Origin: an uncultured Clostridia bacterium
GTDB taxonomy: Bacteria; Bacillota; Clostridia; Christensenellales; CAG-917
Assembly: GCA_947625225.1 (NCBI GenBank)
Contig: CANQNQ010000004.1
Coordinates: forward strand, 443-64,442
DNA: 64,000 nucleotides
Direction of reading: 5' to 3'
The notes beneath the pieces were generated by a model that saw nothing but the letters and a program-made list of their open reading frames with translations, had not been told where the DNA came from and did no database searches. Position 1 is the stretch's first letter; every line of letters starts with the position of its first letter. A program made the position numbers and the translations under genes. Of the stretch, positions 41,216 through 50,396 are shown one piece after another.

Positions 41216-42061
41216 TTACTGCACGCCTGCCTTGTCAAGCGTCCTTGCCAGCTTTATAAAATCCCGCAAAGTCAGCGCCTCGCCGCGCACAAGCGGATCA
41301 AAGCCCGCCTCGGCGATGTACGCCGCCGCGTCCTGCTTTGAGATGTTGAATGCTACGCTGAGGTTGTTGGCAAGCGTCTTACGCCTCATCGCGAACGCGC
41401 TACGCGCAAGTTTGTGCAAAAGCGCCGCGTTTTCACCCGCCAACTTGTCTCTGTTTATGTCCAGCCTTACCACCGCGCTGTCCACGTTTGGCATGGGGTA
41501 AAACAGCTTGCGCGACACCGTGCGAGTAAGCGTTGCGCGCCCCGCCATCTCCAACGCAAGCGTCACCGCCGCGTAGTCCGCGCTGCCCGCCTTGGCGACA
41601 AACCTGTCCGCGACCTCCTTCTGCACCATGACGGTGAGGCTTTTCACGTCCAGATCGCTCTCCACAAAGCGCATGACCATGGGCGTCGTCACATAGTACG
41701 GCAGGTTGGCTACCACCTTGAACGGACAGCCGACGATGTCCGCCAGCCCCTCGTCGCTGAGCTTGAGCACATCGCGGAACACCACTTCCGCATTGTCCAC
41801 ACCCCTTAGCGACAGCGCCAACACAGGCTCCAGCGACCTGTCCACCTCAAAGGAGATCACCCTCTTCGCCCTCGTCGCAAGCGCGCGCGTAAGCGTGCCC
41901 GCCCCTGTGCCTATCTCTACGACGGTATCCTCCTCGCCCACGCCGCTGTCGGAAACTATGGCGTCAAGCAGATTTTTGTCGGATATAAAATTTTGTCCAA
42001 GCGCCTTGTTGAAGCGAAAGGACGTGGCGGCGAGTATCTCTCTTAAGGTAAGCTCTTCCAT
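41216..42061 (-). CDS. rsmA: 16S rRNA (adenine1518/1519-N6)-dimethyltransferase
   Basis: ORF trimmed to MEELTLREIL. It contains LGQNFISD, VVEIGTGAGTLT and ANLPYYVTTP. Confidence 0.93.
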   Translation of the reverse strand: MEELTLREILAATSFRFNKALGQNFISDKNLLDAIVSDSGVGEEDTVVEIGTGAGTLTRALATRAKRVISFEVDRSLEPVLALSLRGVDNAEVVFRDVLKLSDEGLADIVGCPFKVVANLPYYVTTPMVMRFVESDLDVKSLTVMVQKEVADRFVAKAGSADYAAVTLALEMAGRATLTRTVSRKLFYPMPNVDSAVVRLDINRDKLAGENAALLHKLARSAFAMRRKTLANNLSVAFNISKQDAAAYIAEAGFDPLVRGEALTLRDFIKLARTLDKAGVQ

Positions 42062-42188
42062 ATATCTCCAATCAAAACCGCGTATAATACTCACTATTCC
42101 GCGCATGCTAAGCGTGTACAAAAGACTTACGCGTACACAAGATGGAAGCGGAAGTTCGGCAAGTCCGACTTCCGTCTTTCCTTTTATA

Positions 42189-42806
42189 TCAGTACTCCGT
42201 ATCCTTTTCTATAAGTTTGCGCACCCTGAAGCGCGCGCCCGTCCCGGCGGCGATCTCCGCGCACTTTGCGACATCCTCCGCGCCTATGCAATCCACCACG
42301 CTCAGCGTAGCGTCTATGCCCGCCTGCACGCAGCGTTTTGCGAAGTTCAGCAGTCCCGCGTACGCCGCCTTGCCGAATGCGCTGTGGCACACCGCGTCGT
42401 ACTTCTCTGCCGAAGCCTCGTTGAGGGAAATGGAAACGCAGTCCACGCGCCCCTTTAGCTCGCCCACGACGTCGCGGTCGGGATATTTGAGCTCCGCCAG
42501 TCCGTTGGTGTTGAGCCTCACGCGGTAACCCAGCTGCTTCAGCTTTTCCGCTACGCTCAGCATGACGTCCAACTTGCAAGTCGGCTCCCCAAAACCGCAG
42601 AATACCGCCTCTCTGTATTTGGAGGCGTCATAGCCGTCGAGCGCCGCGATAAGCTCTTCCGCGGACGGCTCCCTGTCAAGCCAAAGTTCGCTGCCGCTTA
42701 CGCCGTCCTTGACGTGGCGTATGCAGAAGTCGCAATTGTTTTCGCACCTGTTTGTGATGTTGAAATACAGGCTGTCGCCAAATTCATATATATAATTGTT
42801 TGCCAT
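42189..42806 (-). CDS. TatD-associated radical SAM protein (function unknown)
   Basis: It has the CxxxCxxC motif CENNCDFC and is 205 aa. It sits immediately downstream of tatD, which matches the family described as TatD-family nuclease-associated radical SAM (recalled as TIGR04038). Confidence 0.7.
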   Translation of the reverse strand: MANNYIYEFGDSLYFNITNRCENNCDFCIRHVKDGVSGSELWLDREPSAEELIAALDGYDASKYREAVFCGFGEPTCKLDVMLSVAEKLKQLGYRVRLNTNGLAELKYPDRDVVGELKGRVDCVSISLNEASAEKYDAVCHSAFGKAAYAGLLNFAKRCVQAGIDATLSVVDCIGAEDVAKCAEIAAGTGARFRVRKLIEKDTEY

Positions 42807-42824
42807 ATCTCACACTTTACACTG

Positions 42825-43601
42825 TCATTTCATACGCGTAAACAGCGTTTTTGCATTTTTTGATGTCACCTCTTCAAGCTCCGCGCGTTCGACGCCCAAA
42901 AGCTGCGCCGCCCTGTCTGCGACAAGCGACAAGTACTTTGGCTCGTTGAGCTCTCCCCTGAAAGGCACGGGGGTCATATATGGGCAATCCGTTTCCAACA
43001 GCAGCCTGTCCCTTGGCACGGCGCACAGCGCCTCGAGGTTGTGCTTTGCGTTTTTGAAGGTTATCGCCCCGCCGAACGCGTAGTAGGCGTCCACCTTGTC
43101 AAACTCCCTGACCATCTCGGCGGAACCCGAATAGCAATGCAGCAGCACGCCGTTGCGTAGGTACGCGCTCATCTCAAACAGAATGCGCCTCGCCTCCTCG
43201 TACGCGTCGCGCACGTGCAGTATTATGGGCAACCCAAGCGTGTCGGCAAGCTCGATCTGCTCGCGGAAAGCGCCCTGCTGAATTGCGCGCGGACTGTTGT
43301 CGTAGTGGTAGTCCAGCCCTATCTCGCCTATGCCGACCACTTTTTGGGAGGAAGACAGCGTAGCCAACCTCTCGTACTTGTCGTAATCCGCGGTGACGGA
43401 GTCGTGGGGATGTATGCCGATGGCAGCGTACAATTTGTCGTACTTGTTTGCAAGTTCTGCGGCGAGTTCGCTTGAAGGCATGTCGTAGCCCACGCAGACG
43501 GCGCTCTCTATCCCGTCGCGATCGAAGTTTGAGACTATCTCCTCTGCGCGGGGCAACAATTTTTCGTCGTTGAGGTGGCAATGTGTGTCAATAAGCATCA
43601 T
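42825..43601 (-). CDS. tatD: TatD-family metal-dependent hydrolase
   Basis: MMLIDTHCHL, GEIGLDYHY, PIILHVRDA and LETDCPYM. Confidence 0.93.
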   Translation of the reverse strand: MMLIDTHCHLNDEKLLPRAEEIVSNFDRDGIESAVCVGYDMPSSELAAELANKYDKLYAAIGIHPHDSVTADYDKYERLATLSSSQKVVGIGEIGLDYHYDNSPRAIQQGAFREQIELADTLGLPIILHVRDAYEEARRILFEMSAYLRNGVLLHCYSGSAEMVREFDKVDAYYAFGGAITFKNAKHNLEALCAVPRDRLLLETDCPYMTPVPFRGELNEPKYLSLVADRAAQLLGVERAELEEVTSKNAKTLFTRMK

Positions 43602-45610
43602 CTCACCTGACTTCCGCTCGCCACGGGCTTGATGGGCGACACCAACACGACGTCCTCGCTGCCGTCCTCAAGTTTGTTGCAAGCGCACAGTATCATTCCG
43701 TTGCTCTCTATCCCTCTCAGCTTTGCGGGCTTGAGGTTGCTTACCAACACGACGTCCCTGCCCACCAGCTCCTCGGGCGCGTAGTACTTCGCGATGCCGC
43801 TGACGACGGTGCGTACCTCGTCGCCCACCTGCACCGAGAGCTTAAGCAGTTTGTCCGCCTTTTCCACCTTTTCCGCGGCGTTTATATGCGCCACTTTAAG
43901 CTGAACTTTGGCAAAATCCTCTATGCCTATCATAGCTGCATCCGCAACGTTTTCCATATCCTTGTTCTCCGTTTTGGCAACTTTATCTGCCGCTTTTGCC
44001 TGTTTAACTTCCGTTTTTGCAACTTGTTCGTCATTTTCCGACGCGAGCAGTCCGCGCTCCAGAAGCGTCTTTTTTACTTTTTCCACGTCGATGCGCGTAA
44101 AAAGGTACTGCGGCTTGTCGCTCACCTTATATCTCTCCACCGCGCCGAATTTGTCAAGCTGCGCGTACTCTCTCGGTGCGGTGCCAAGCTGTTCCGCCGC
44201 GCGGCGCGCCGTAGAGGGCATATAGGGGTAAAGCAGACCCGAAGCGATGTCTATGGTTTCGGCAAGGTTGTACAGCACTGTCCTCAACCTGTCCGCCTTT
44301 TCTGCGTCCTTTGCGAGCACCCAAGGCGTGGTCTCGTCGATATACTTGTTCGCGCGGCGCAGCAGAGCGAATATCTCGCCCAGCGCGTCCGCCGCCCTGT
44401 ACTCGTCCAACAGTCCGAACACCTTGTCGCGTGTAGTCACCGCCATATCCTTCAGTTGGCTGTCAAGCGGCTCATGCGCGCCCGCATCGTACAACTCGCC
44501 GCCGAAGTACTTGTTTGCCATGGCGACGGTGCGCTGCACGAGGTTGCCGTACACGTTGACGAGGTCGCTGTTTATCACGTCCATCACGGACTCCCAGCTT
44601 ATGACGCCGTCGTTGTCAAAGGGCATCTGCCCCAGCATAAAGTACCTGACCGCGTCCACGCCGAAAAACTCCACAAGGTCGTCGGCGTATATCACGTTGC
44701 CCTTGGATTTGGACATCTTGCCGCCGTTTTGCAGCAGCCACGGATGCCCGTATATCCTCTTTGGCAACGGCAGCCCCAGCGCCATGAGGAATATGGGCCA
44801 ATATATGACGTGGAAGCGCACGATATCCTTGCCGATGATGTGCAGATCCGCAGGCCACAGCTTGTCAAACTGCTCCGTCCTGCCGTCCGCGCCGTAGCCT
44901 ATGCCCGTGATGTAGTTGGTCAGCGCGTCCAGCCACACATACACGACGTGCCTGCTGTCAAAGCTGACGGGTATGCCCCACTTGAAGGACGTGCGCGACA
45001 CGCACAGATCCTGAAGGCCGGGCTTGAGGAAGTTGTTGACCATCTCGTTTTTGCGGGACACGGGCGTGATGAAGTCGGGATGTTCGTCGTAGTACTTCAT
45101 CAGCCTGTCCGCGTACTTGCTCATGTTGAAGAAGTACGCCTCCTCCTCGGCGGGATGCACTTCCCTGCCGCAGTCGGGGCATTTGCCGTCCTTAAGCTGG
45201 CTCTCCGTCCAGAAGGATTCGCAGGGCGTGCAGTACATTCCCTTGTAGGTGCCTTTGTAGATGTCGCCTTGTTTGTACAGCTTTTCGAATATCGCCTGCA
45301 CGGCGCGCTCGTGCTCGGGATCGGTGGTTCGGATAAACTTGTCAAACGACGCGTCCATCAGCGTCCACATCTCCTTTATGCCGCCCGCCACTTCGTCCAC
45401 AAATTGTTTGGGAGACACGCCCGCCGCCGCGGCTTTAAGCTCTATCTTTTCGCCGTGCTCGTCGGTGCCCGTCTGGAAAAACACGTCGTAGCCCTGCATG
45501 CGCTTCGCGCGCGCGATGAGGTCGGCAAGCACAACTTCGTAGGTGTTGCCCACGTGCGGCTTGCCCGACGTATAGGTGATGGCTGTGGTAAGATAAAATT
45601 TCTTGTTCAT
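43598..45610 (-). CDS. metG: Methionine--tRNA ligase with C-terminal tRNA-binding domain
   Basis: ORF trimmed to MNKKFYLTTAITYTSGKPHVGN (the HIGH-type motif). It contains KMSKS, a Zn knuckle CPDCG and a C-terminal EMAP-like domain. Confidence 0.95.
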   Translation of the reverse strand: MNKKFYLTTAITYTSGKPHVGNTYEVVLADLIARAKRMQGYDVFFQTGTDEHGEKIELKAAAAGVSPKQFVDEVAGGIKEMWTLMDASFDKFIRTTDPEHERAVQAIFEKLYKQGDIYKGTYKGMYCTPCESFWTESQLKDGKCPDCGREVHPAEEEAYFFNMSKYADRLMKYYDEHPDFITPVSRKNEMVNNFLKPGLQDLCVSRTSFKWGIPVSFDSRHVVYVWLDALTNYITGIGYGADGRTEQFDKLWPADLHIIGKDIVRFHVIYWPIFLMALGLPLPKRIYGHPWLLQNGGKMSKSKGNVIYADDLVEFFGVDAVRYFMLGQMPFDNDGVISWESVMDVINSDLVNVYGNLVQRTVAMANKYFGGELYDAGAHEPLDSQLKDMAVTTRDKVFGLLDEYRAADALGEIFALLRRANKYIDETTPWVLAKDAEKADRLRTVLYNLAETIDIASGLLYPYMPSTARRAAEQLGTAPREYAQLDKFGAVERYKVSDKPQYLFTRIDVEKVKKTLLERGLLASENDEQVAKTEVKQAKAADKVAKTENKDMENVADAAMIGIEDFAKVQLKVAHINAAEKVEKADKLLKLSVQVGDEVRTVVSGIAKYYAPEELVGRDVVLVSNLKPAKLRGIESNGMILCACNKLEDGSEDVVLVSPIKPVASGSQVR

Positions 45611-45751
45611 ATATCCTCGCGGCGCACTTGGCGCAAACGTATTTGTCCCTTGCATTATAACCCTTTTGTAAACTGTTGTAAATTGTTTTGTTGACGCGCG
45701 CGCAAATTCTCCGCTTGTCATAAACGCGCGGCGGCGCAATTATATTTTAGT

Positions 45752-46396
45752 ATGAACGCCGCATTCACCCTCCTCACGCTCATATCCCTCGTCATGTTGA
45801 CCGTATTATCCCCGCAAAAGGCGTTCCCCACGCTTATAGAGGGAGTGGGCGGAGCTGTGGCGCTCGCCTTCAAACTGGTAGCCGTCTACGCCGTGTGGCT
45901 AAGCGTGCTGAAAATGGCGGAGGCAACGGGGCTTGACAAAAAGCTGTCCCGCGGGCTGCGTCCACTCATACGCAAGCTGTTCAAGGGCGAAAGCGACGAC
46001 GCCTACGATCACATCTCCGTCAACCTGGCGTCCAACATGCTGGGCATGGGCGGAGTCGCCACTCCCGCGGGCATCAAAGCAATAGGTAGTATGCGCTCGG
46101 ACGGCGTGCGCGCAAGCGACAACATGATACTGCTTGTGGTCATAAACGCCACGTCAATACAGCTTATCCCCGCCGCGGTCATCGCCATACGCGCGGCAAA
46201 CGGCAGCGCAGACGCAGCGGACATATTTTTGCCCACGTTTATATCCACCGCCGTCTCCACGCTGAGCGGAATACTGATATGCAAGACGCTGTCGCTTAAG
46301 GACAAACATAACAAAAACGACATTTCATATGACTTAAACTCAATTGTAAAACCCGATTTTTGCAAAAAATTCAAATACGGCAGGAATGACAAATGA
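45752..46396 (+). CDS. spmA: Spore maturation protein A (nucleoside-recognition-domain membrane protein)
   Basis: LSVLKMAEATGL, NMLGMGGVATPAGIKA. Confidence 0.8.
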   Translation: MNAAFTLLTLISLVMLTVLSPQKAFPTLIEGVGGAVALAFKLVAVYAVWLSVLKMAEATGLDKKLSRGLRPLIRKLFKGESDDAYDHISVNLASNMLGMGGVATPAGIKAIGSMRSDGVRASDNMILLVVINATSIQLIPAAVIAIRAANGSADAADIFLPTFISTAVSTLSGILICKTLSLKDKHNKNDISYDLNSIVKPDFCKKFKYGRNDK

Positions 46397-46899
46397 GCGT
46401 ATACATCCTGCCCGTTCTGCTCATTTTGCTCATAGTATATTGCGCCGTCAAGCGCGTCAAGGTGTACGACTGTTTCCTCGCGGGCGCAAGGGACAGCCTG
46501 TCGCTGGTAAAAAACATCTTCCCCTATATCGCGGCGATATTTATATGTATAGAGGCGTTCAAGGCAAGCGGGCTGGCGCAGGCTTTGGCGGACGTTCTTC
46601 AAAAACCTCTGTCATATCTTGGCATACCCTCCGAGTTGGCGCAGCTCATCGCCCTCGTTCCACTGTCCGGCAACGGCACCATCGCGCTGCTGGAGAGCAT
46701 AATAAAAGACTGCGGCCCGGACAGTTATCCCGCCCGTTGCGCCGCGGTCATTTCGGGTGCGACGGAGACTATATTTTACATCGCCGCCGTATATTTTTCC
46801 TCAAGCTCCGTCAAAAAGCTGCGCTACGCCATCCCCGTCTCACTGTTTTGCACACTGATGGGAGCGGTAGTCGCCTGCGCGCTGTGCCGCGTGATGTAG
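46393..46899 (+). CDS. spmB: Spore maturation protein B
   Basis: VKVYDCFLAGARD, PLSGNGTIALLESIIKDCGPDS, and a 4-nt overlap with spmA. Confidence 0.8.
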   Translation: MSVYILPVLLILLIVYCAVKRVKVYDCFLAGARDSLSLVKNIFPYIAAIFICIEAFKASGLAQALADVLQKPLSYLGIPSELAQLIALVPLSGNGTIALLESIIKDCGPDSYPARCAAVISGATETIFYIAAVYFSSSSVKKLRYAIPVSLFCTLMGAVVACALCRVM

Positions 46900-46900
46900 C

Positions 46901-47821
46901 TTACAGTACGGACAGATAGCGCATACCCGTGTCGGGCAGCAGAGTCACAATCGTTTTGCCCTCGAATTGCTTGCGCTTTGCCACCTCTATTGCCGCGCAC
47001 ACCGCCGCGCCGGAGGATATGCCCACAAACAACCCTTCCATGGCGCACAACTTGCGCGCGAAGTCTATTGCGTCCTCATTGGACACCGTTATCACCTCGT
47101 CGTAGACGGACGTATCCAGCACGTCGGGCACAAAGCCCGCGCCTATGCCCTGTATGGCGTGCTTGCCCGCTCTGCCCTGAGACAGCACGGGAGACGCCGC
47201 AGGCTCCACCGCGACCACCTTTACGGACGCATTTTTCTCCTTGAGGTATCTGCCAACGCCCGTTATGGTGCCGCCCGTGCCCACGCCCGCGACGAATGCG
47301 TCCACTTGTCCGTCCGCGTCCGCATATATCTCGGGGCCCGTGTGCTCGTAGTGCGCCCGCGCGTTTGCGGGATTGGAAAATTGGTTGGGGATAAAGCTGT
47401 TTTCTATCTCCGCGGCGAGGCTTGCCGCCTTTTCTATTGCGCCCTTCATGCCCTTCGCGCCCTCGGTGAGCACCAGCTCCGCGCCGTACATCTTTATCGC
47501 CTGCCTGCGCTCGACGGACATGCTGTCGGGCATCACTATAATCGTTCGGTAGCCCTTTGCCACGGCAATCGCGGCAAGCGCAATGCCCGTGTTGCCGCTG
47601 GTAGGCTCGATGACAACGCTGCCCGCCTTCAGCGCGCCGCGCCTCTCGGCGTCCTCTATCATTGCCAGCGCGACTCTGTCCTTCACGGAGCCGACGGGAT
47701 TGAAATATTCCACCTTGGCAAGCAGCCTTGCGCCAAGCCCGAATTGCTGTTCCACCCTTTTAAGCTCCACAAGCGGAGTCCCGCCGATAAGTTGCGTCAT
47801 TGACTCAAATACCTTTGACAT
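46901..47821 (-). CDS. cysK: Cysteine synthase A (O-acetylserine sulfhydrylase)
   Basis: NPVGSVKDR (PLP lysine), PTSGNTGIALA and GVGTGGTITG. Confidence 0.95.
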   Translation of the reverse strand: MSKVFESMTQLIGGTPLVELKRVEQQFGLGARLLAKVEYFNPVGSVKDRVALAMIEDAERRGALKAGSVVIEPTSGNTGIALAAIAVAKGYRTIIVMPDSMSVERRQAIKMYGAELVLTEGAKGMKGAIEKAASLAAEIENSFIPNQFSNPANARAHYEHTGPEIYADADGQVDAFVAGVGTGGTITGVGRYLKEKNASVKVVAVEPAASPVLSQGRAGKHAIQGIGAGFVPDVLDTSVYDEVITVSNEDAIDFARKLCAMEGLFVGISSGAAVCAAIEVAKRKQFEGKTIVTLLPDTGMRYLSVL

Positions 47822-47907
47822 ACGCCATCCTTTATATTATAAGAGTGGCGCGAAGCCACTCCGTATACTTCAAAAAACAATGTTTATCGTTATATTTTGC
47901 GCTTTTA

Positions 47908-48339
47908 TCAGGTGTTTGAGGCAAATGGCGTGCTGTCCAGCACCACCTGCACGGCGTCCTTGGTGCCCCATATGACCATCTTTTCGTTTCTGTACACCTC
48001 ATAAAGGTTGAGCCTCTTGAGCGAGTCGTACACAGCCCTTGCCGCGGCGTTGGAATTGAACTCCGCCACGCTGACGTGCCTCAGCAGCTCGTCCAGATGA
48101 CCCGCCTCAAGCTCACGCTGTGCGGAAATGCCCCACTTGCAATCCTTTTCCTCGCACTTGCCGGGGATGAGCAGATTGAGCGCGGCGTTTACTTCGGCAG
48201 CGTCGAGGGAAGTCACCGTGTACCCCTCCTTTTTGAGCGCGTCGGTGTAGTGTTTGCTGTAATTGCATGCCGTAAGGCACATGCACATCGCCACAGCCAG
48301 CAGCGCGACCGTCACGAGCGCCAAAACTTTTTTCTTCAT
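47908..48339 (-). CDS. Small lipoprotein, paralog 1 (function unknown)
   Basis: ORF trimmed to MKKKVLALVTVALLAVAMCMCLTAC (lipobox LTAC) after AAGGAGG. Confidence 0.75.
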   Translation of the reverse strand: MKKKVLALVTVALLAVAMCMCLTACNYSKHYTDALKKEGYTVTSLDAAEVNAALNLLIPGKCEEKDCKWGISAQRELEAGHLDELLRHVSVAEFNSNAAARAVYDSLKRLNLYEVYRNEKMVIWGTKDAVQVVLDSTPFASNT

Positions 48340-48459
48340 GTTCAGCCTCCTTAAAGGATCTTGCGCGGCAATACCGTCCGGTATGCGCAAATTTGTAAAC
48401 TTATATATATTATATTTAGTATGTTGCAGTTAGTCAAACGTTTGATAAAAATTGTGTAA

Positions 48460-48483
48460 AACAAAGGGACGGCACGCCGTCCC
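48460..48483 (-). terminator. Intrinsic terminator after lipoprotein paralog 2
   Basis: GGGACGG CACG CCGTCCC (48466-48483). The minus strand is followed by TTTGTTTT. Confidence 0.7.
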
Positions 48484-48505
48484 TCCGCTGTTTTGTGGGT
48501 TTTGA

Positions 48506-48862
48506 TCATTTTGCGGCTTTTATGCCCGCCTCGGTGCCCACAAACACGATGGCGCTGGATCTTTCGCACTTGCTGCCAAGTATGCTGACAAAGTCGCTTT
48601 CAAAATCTTTGGCGTCCGCGGTCTTCTTGAACTTGATCACCATGACGGTGTCGGGAAGCTTGCTGCCGACCACTGCCCATTCGATCTTGCTTTCGTCAAG
48701 ACCAAGCTCGGATAGGTCGTCTTTGTCTGCTTTGGCGACTTTGTAATCTGCTTTTTCAAGTTTCTTGGTGTAGCTGTCCGCGTTGCACGCCACCAGGCAA
48801 ACCGCCAGAATAGCGACCAGAGCGAGCACTGCTACGATTGCAACAATTTTCTTTCTGTTCAT
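48506..48862 (-). CDS. Small lipoprotein, paralog 2 (function unknown)
   Basis: ORF trimmed to MNRKKIVAIVAVLALVAILAVCLVAC (lipobox LVAC) after GGAGGG. The mature N-terminus CNADSYTKKLEKADYKV parallels CNYSKHYTDALKKEGYTV of paralog 1. Confidence 0.75.
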   Translation of the reverse strand: MNRKKIVAIVAVLALVAILAVCLVACNADSYTKKLEKADYKVAKADKDDLSELGLDESKIEWAVVGSKLPDTVMVIKFKKTADAKDFESDFVSILGSKCERSSAIVFVGTEAGIKAAK

Positions 48863-48999
48863 AATGAACCCTCCAAAATTGATACACCAATTATATCGCC
48901 TCCTAAAAGTCAAGTCAATATCCGTGCCCCGCAATTAAGCCTACATTGTCGTACGATTTGTATGATTATTGCGCCTATCGTCGCCAAATGTCTGCAATT

Positions 49000-49152
49000 T
49001 TACAGCTTTGAGAGGCTGATAAGCACGTTGCCGCCGCCCTTGAGCTTAAGCACAAACATATAGCCCATTTCCCTGTCCAAATAGCGGATGTCCTCCGCTT
49101 CATCCAGCTCCGTGAACGCAAGTTCGCCCAACTTTACCAAAAGTTCTTCCAT
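49000..49152 (-). CDS. 50-aa acidic small protein (function unknown)
   Basis: MEELLVKLGELAFTELDEAEDIRYLDREMGYMFVLKLKGGGNVLISLSKL. A strong RBS (GGAGGT) lies 6 nt upstream of this internal ATG of ORF 49000..49566. Confidence 0.55.
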   Translation of the reverse strand: MEELLVKLGELAFTELDEAEDIRYLDREMGYMFVLKLKGGGNVLISLSKL

Positions 49153-49203
49153 ATTGTACCTCCAAAATGTATATGTTTTCTGTTTTCGTAAAAAGTATAT
49201 CGC

Positions 49204-49242
49204 AGTATTAGAGCTATTCGCAACAATTTTAGCTCTGATACT
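49204..49242. promoter_or_regulatory. Operator-like inverted repeat in the divergent promoter region
   Basis: AGTATTAGAGCT (49204-49215) and AGCTCTGATACT (49231-49242) match 11/12 as an inverted repeat, with a 15-bp spacer. Confidence 0.5.
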
Positions 49243-49282
49243 AACATAATAGTTTACGCAATATGTCGAAATATGGAGTTTT

Positions 49283-49720
49283 ATGTCAAACCTGAGCACG
49301 CGGCTTAATGCCCTTATAACCGAAAACTCGCTCAATCCGTTTGCGCTGTCCAAAAAGTTGGGCGTATCTTCGTCAGTGGTGCGCAAATGGCTGCGCCCAT
49401 ACTGCGACGTCACGCTTGCCAACCTCGTAAGGCTGGCGGACTTTTTCGACTGCTCCATCGAGTACCTCACCGGCAGAAGCGACGACCTGTCCGCCTGCGG
49501 CTTCAAGCCCATACCCGACTTCGCCCCGCAACTGCGCAAGGTGATAGACCAAAGCGGCAGATCCATCTACGACATATGTAAGCACACCACGCTTGCCTGG
49601 AGATGTTTTTACGATTGGTTCCATGGGCAGAATCCGCGCCTCAGCTCGCTGTCGCAGCTTGCCGACTACTTTGGCATAACCATAGACGAACTTGTGGGTC
49701 GCGAAAGAGATTTGACTTGA
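49283..49720 (+). CDS. Transcriptional regulator with two tandem XRE-type HTH domains
   Basis: Two copies of the Cro/C1 pattern: LSKKLGVSSSVVRKWL...LANLVRLADFFDCSIEYLTG and ICKHTTLAWRCFYDWF...LSSLSQLADYFGITIDELVG. Confidence 0.8.
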   Translation: MSNLSTRLNALITENSLNPFALSKKLGVSSSVVRKWLRPYCDVTLANLVRLADFFDCSIEYLTGRSDDLSACGFKPIPDFAPQLRKVIDQSGRSIYDICKHTTLAWRCFYDWFHGQNPRLSSLSQLADYFGITIDELVGRERDLT

Positions 49721-49774
49721 TCCCCACTTTATATGCGCATAACGCGCGCATAAACCAAAATATCAGGCAAAATA

Positions 49775-49806
49775 ACAGCAGACCGTTCGGCCTGCTGTCA
49801 ATTTTT
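49775..49806. terminator. Bidirectional intrinsic terminator (XRE gene / rubrerythrin)
   Basis: ACAGCAG ACCGTTCGGC CTGCTGT followed by CAATTTTTA. Confidence 0.75.
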
Positions 49807-49821
49807 ATTTTGCCTTAAACA

Positions 49822-50364
49822 TCATTTGAAGTAACGCGCAAGCAGTCCTTCAAACGCCTTGCCGTGTCTTGCCTCGTCGCGCGCCATTTCGTGAACGGTG
49901 TCGTGGATGGCGTCAAGCCCCTCTTCCTTCGCGCGCTTTGCCAGCTCGAACTTGCCCTTGGTCGCGCCGTTTTCAGCGGCAACGCGAACGGTGAGATTCT
50001 CCTTGGTGGAATCGGACACCAACTCGCCAAGCAGCTCGCAGAATTTTGCGGCATGCTCCGCCTCTTCAAAGGCAGCCTTCTCCCAATAAAGACCTATCTC
50101 GGGATAACCCTCGCGATGCGCGACGCGCGCCATTGCCAGATACATGCCCACCTCGGTGCACTCGCCCTCGAAGTTGGCCTTAAGACCCGCGTAGATATCC
50201 TCGGGGATGGAACCCTTTTTGCCCACGCCGACGACGTGCTCGGCAGCCCAGCTGAGCTGGTTGGACTCCTCTTTCTTCAGCGCCGCCTTGCAGACGGGGC
50301 AGACTGCGGGCGGATTGTCGCCCTCATAGACGTAACCGCAAACGGGACATACGTACTTTGCCAT
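49822..50364 (-). CDS. rbr: Reverse rubrerythrin (N-terminal rubredoxin domain plus ferritin-like di-iron domain)
   Basis: ORF trimmed to MAKYVCPVCGYVYEG..CPVC after AAAGGAGAG. It has di-iron ligand motifs EGECTEVGMY and EEAEHAAKF ... DEARH. Confidence 0.9.
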   Translation of the reverse strand: MAKYVCPVCGYVYEGDNPPAVCPVCKAALKKEESNQLSWAAEHVVGVGKKGSIPEDIYAGLKANFEGECTEVGMYLAMARVAHREGYPEIGLYWEKAAFEEAEHAAKFCELLGELVSDSTKENLTVRVAAENGATKGKFELAKRAKEEGLDAIHDTVHEMARDEARHGKAFEGLLARYFK

Positions 50365-50396
50365 AGATATACTCTCCTTTATAAAAATATTTTTTA

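Noticed and set aside
43886-45694. 602-aa plus-strand ORF
   Set aside because: It is antisense to metG, which carries unambiguous class I synthetase motifs (HIGH-type, KMSKS). It has no motifs of its own.
49153-49566. N-terminal 138 codons of the 188-aa ORF 49000..49566
   Set aside because: This part is antisense to the XRE regulator gene and crosses the divergent promoter. Only the last 50 codons follow a strong RBS.
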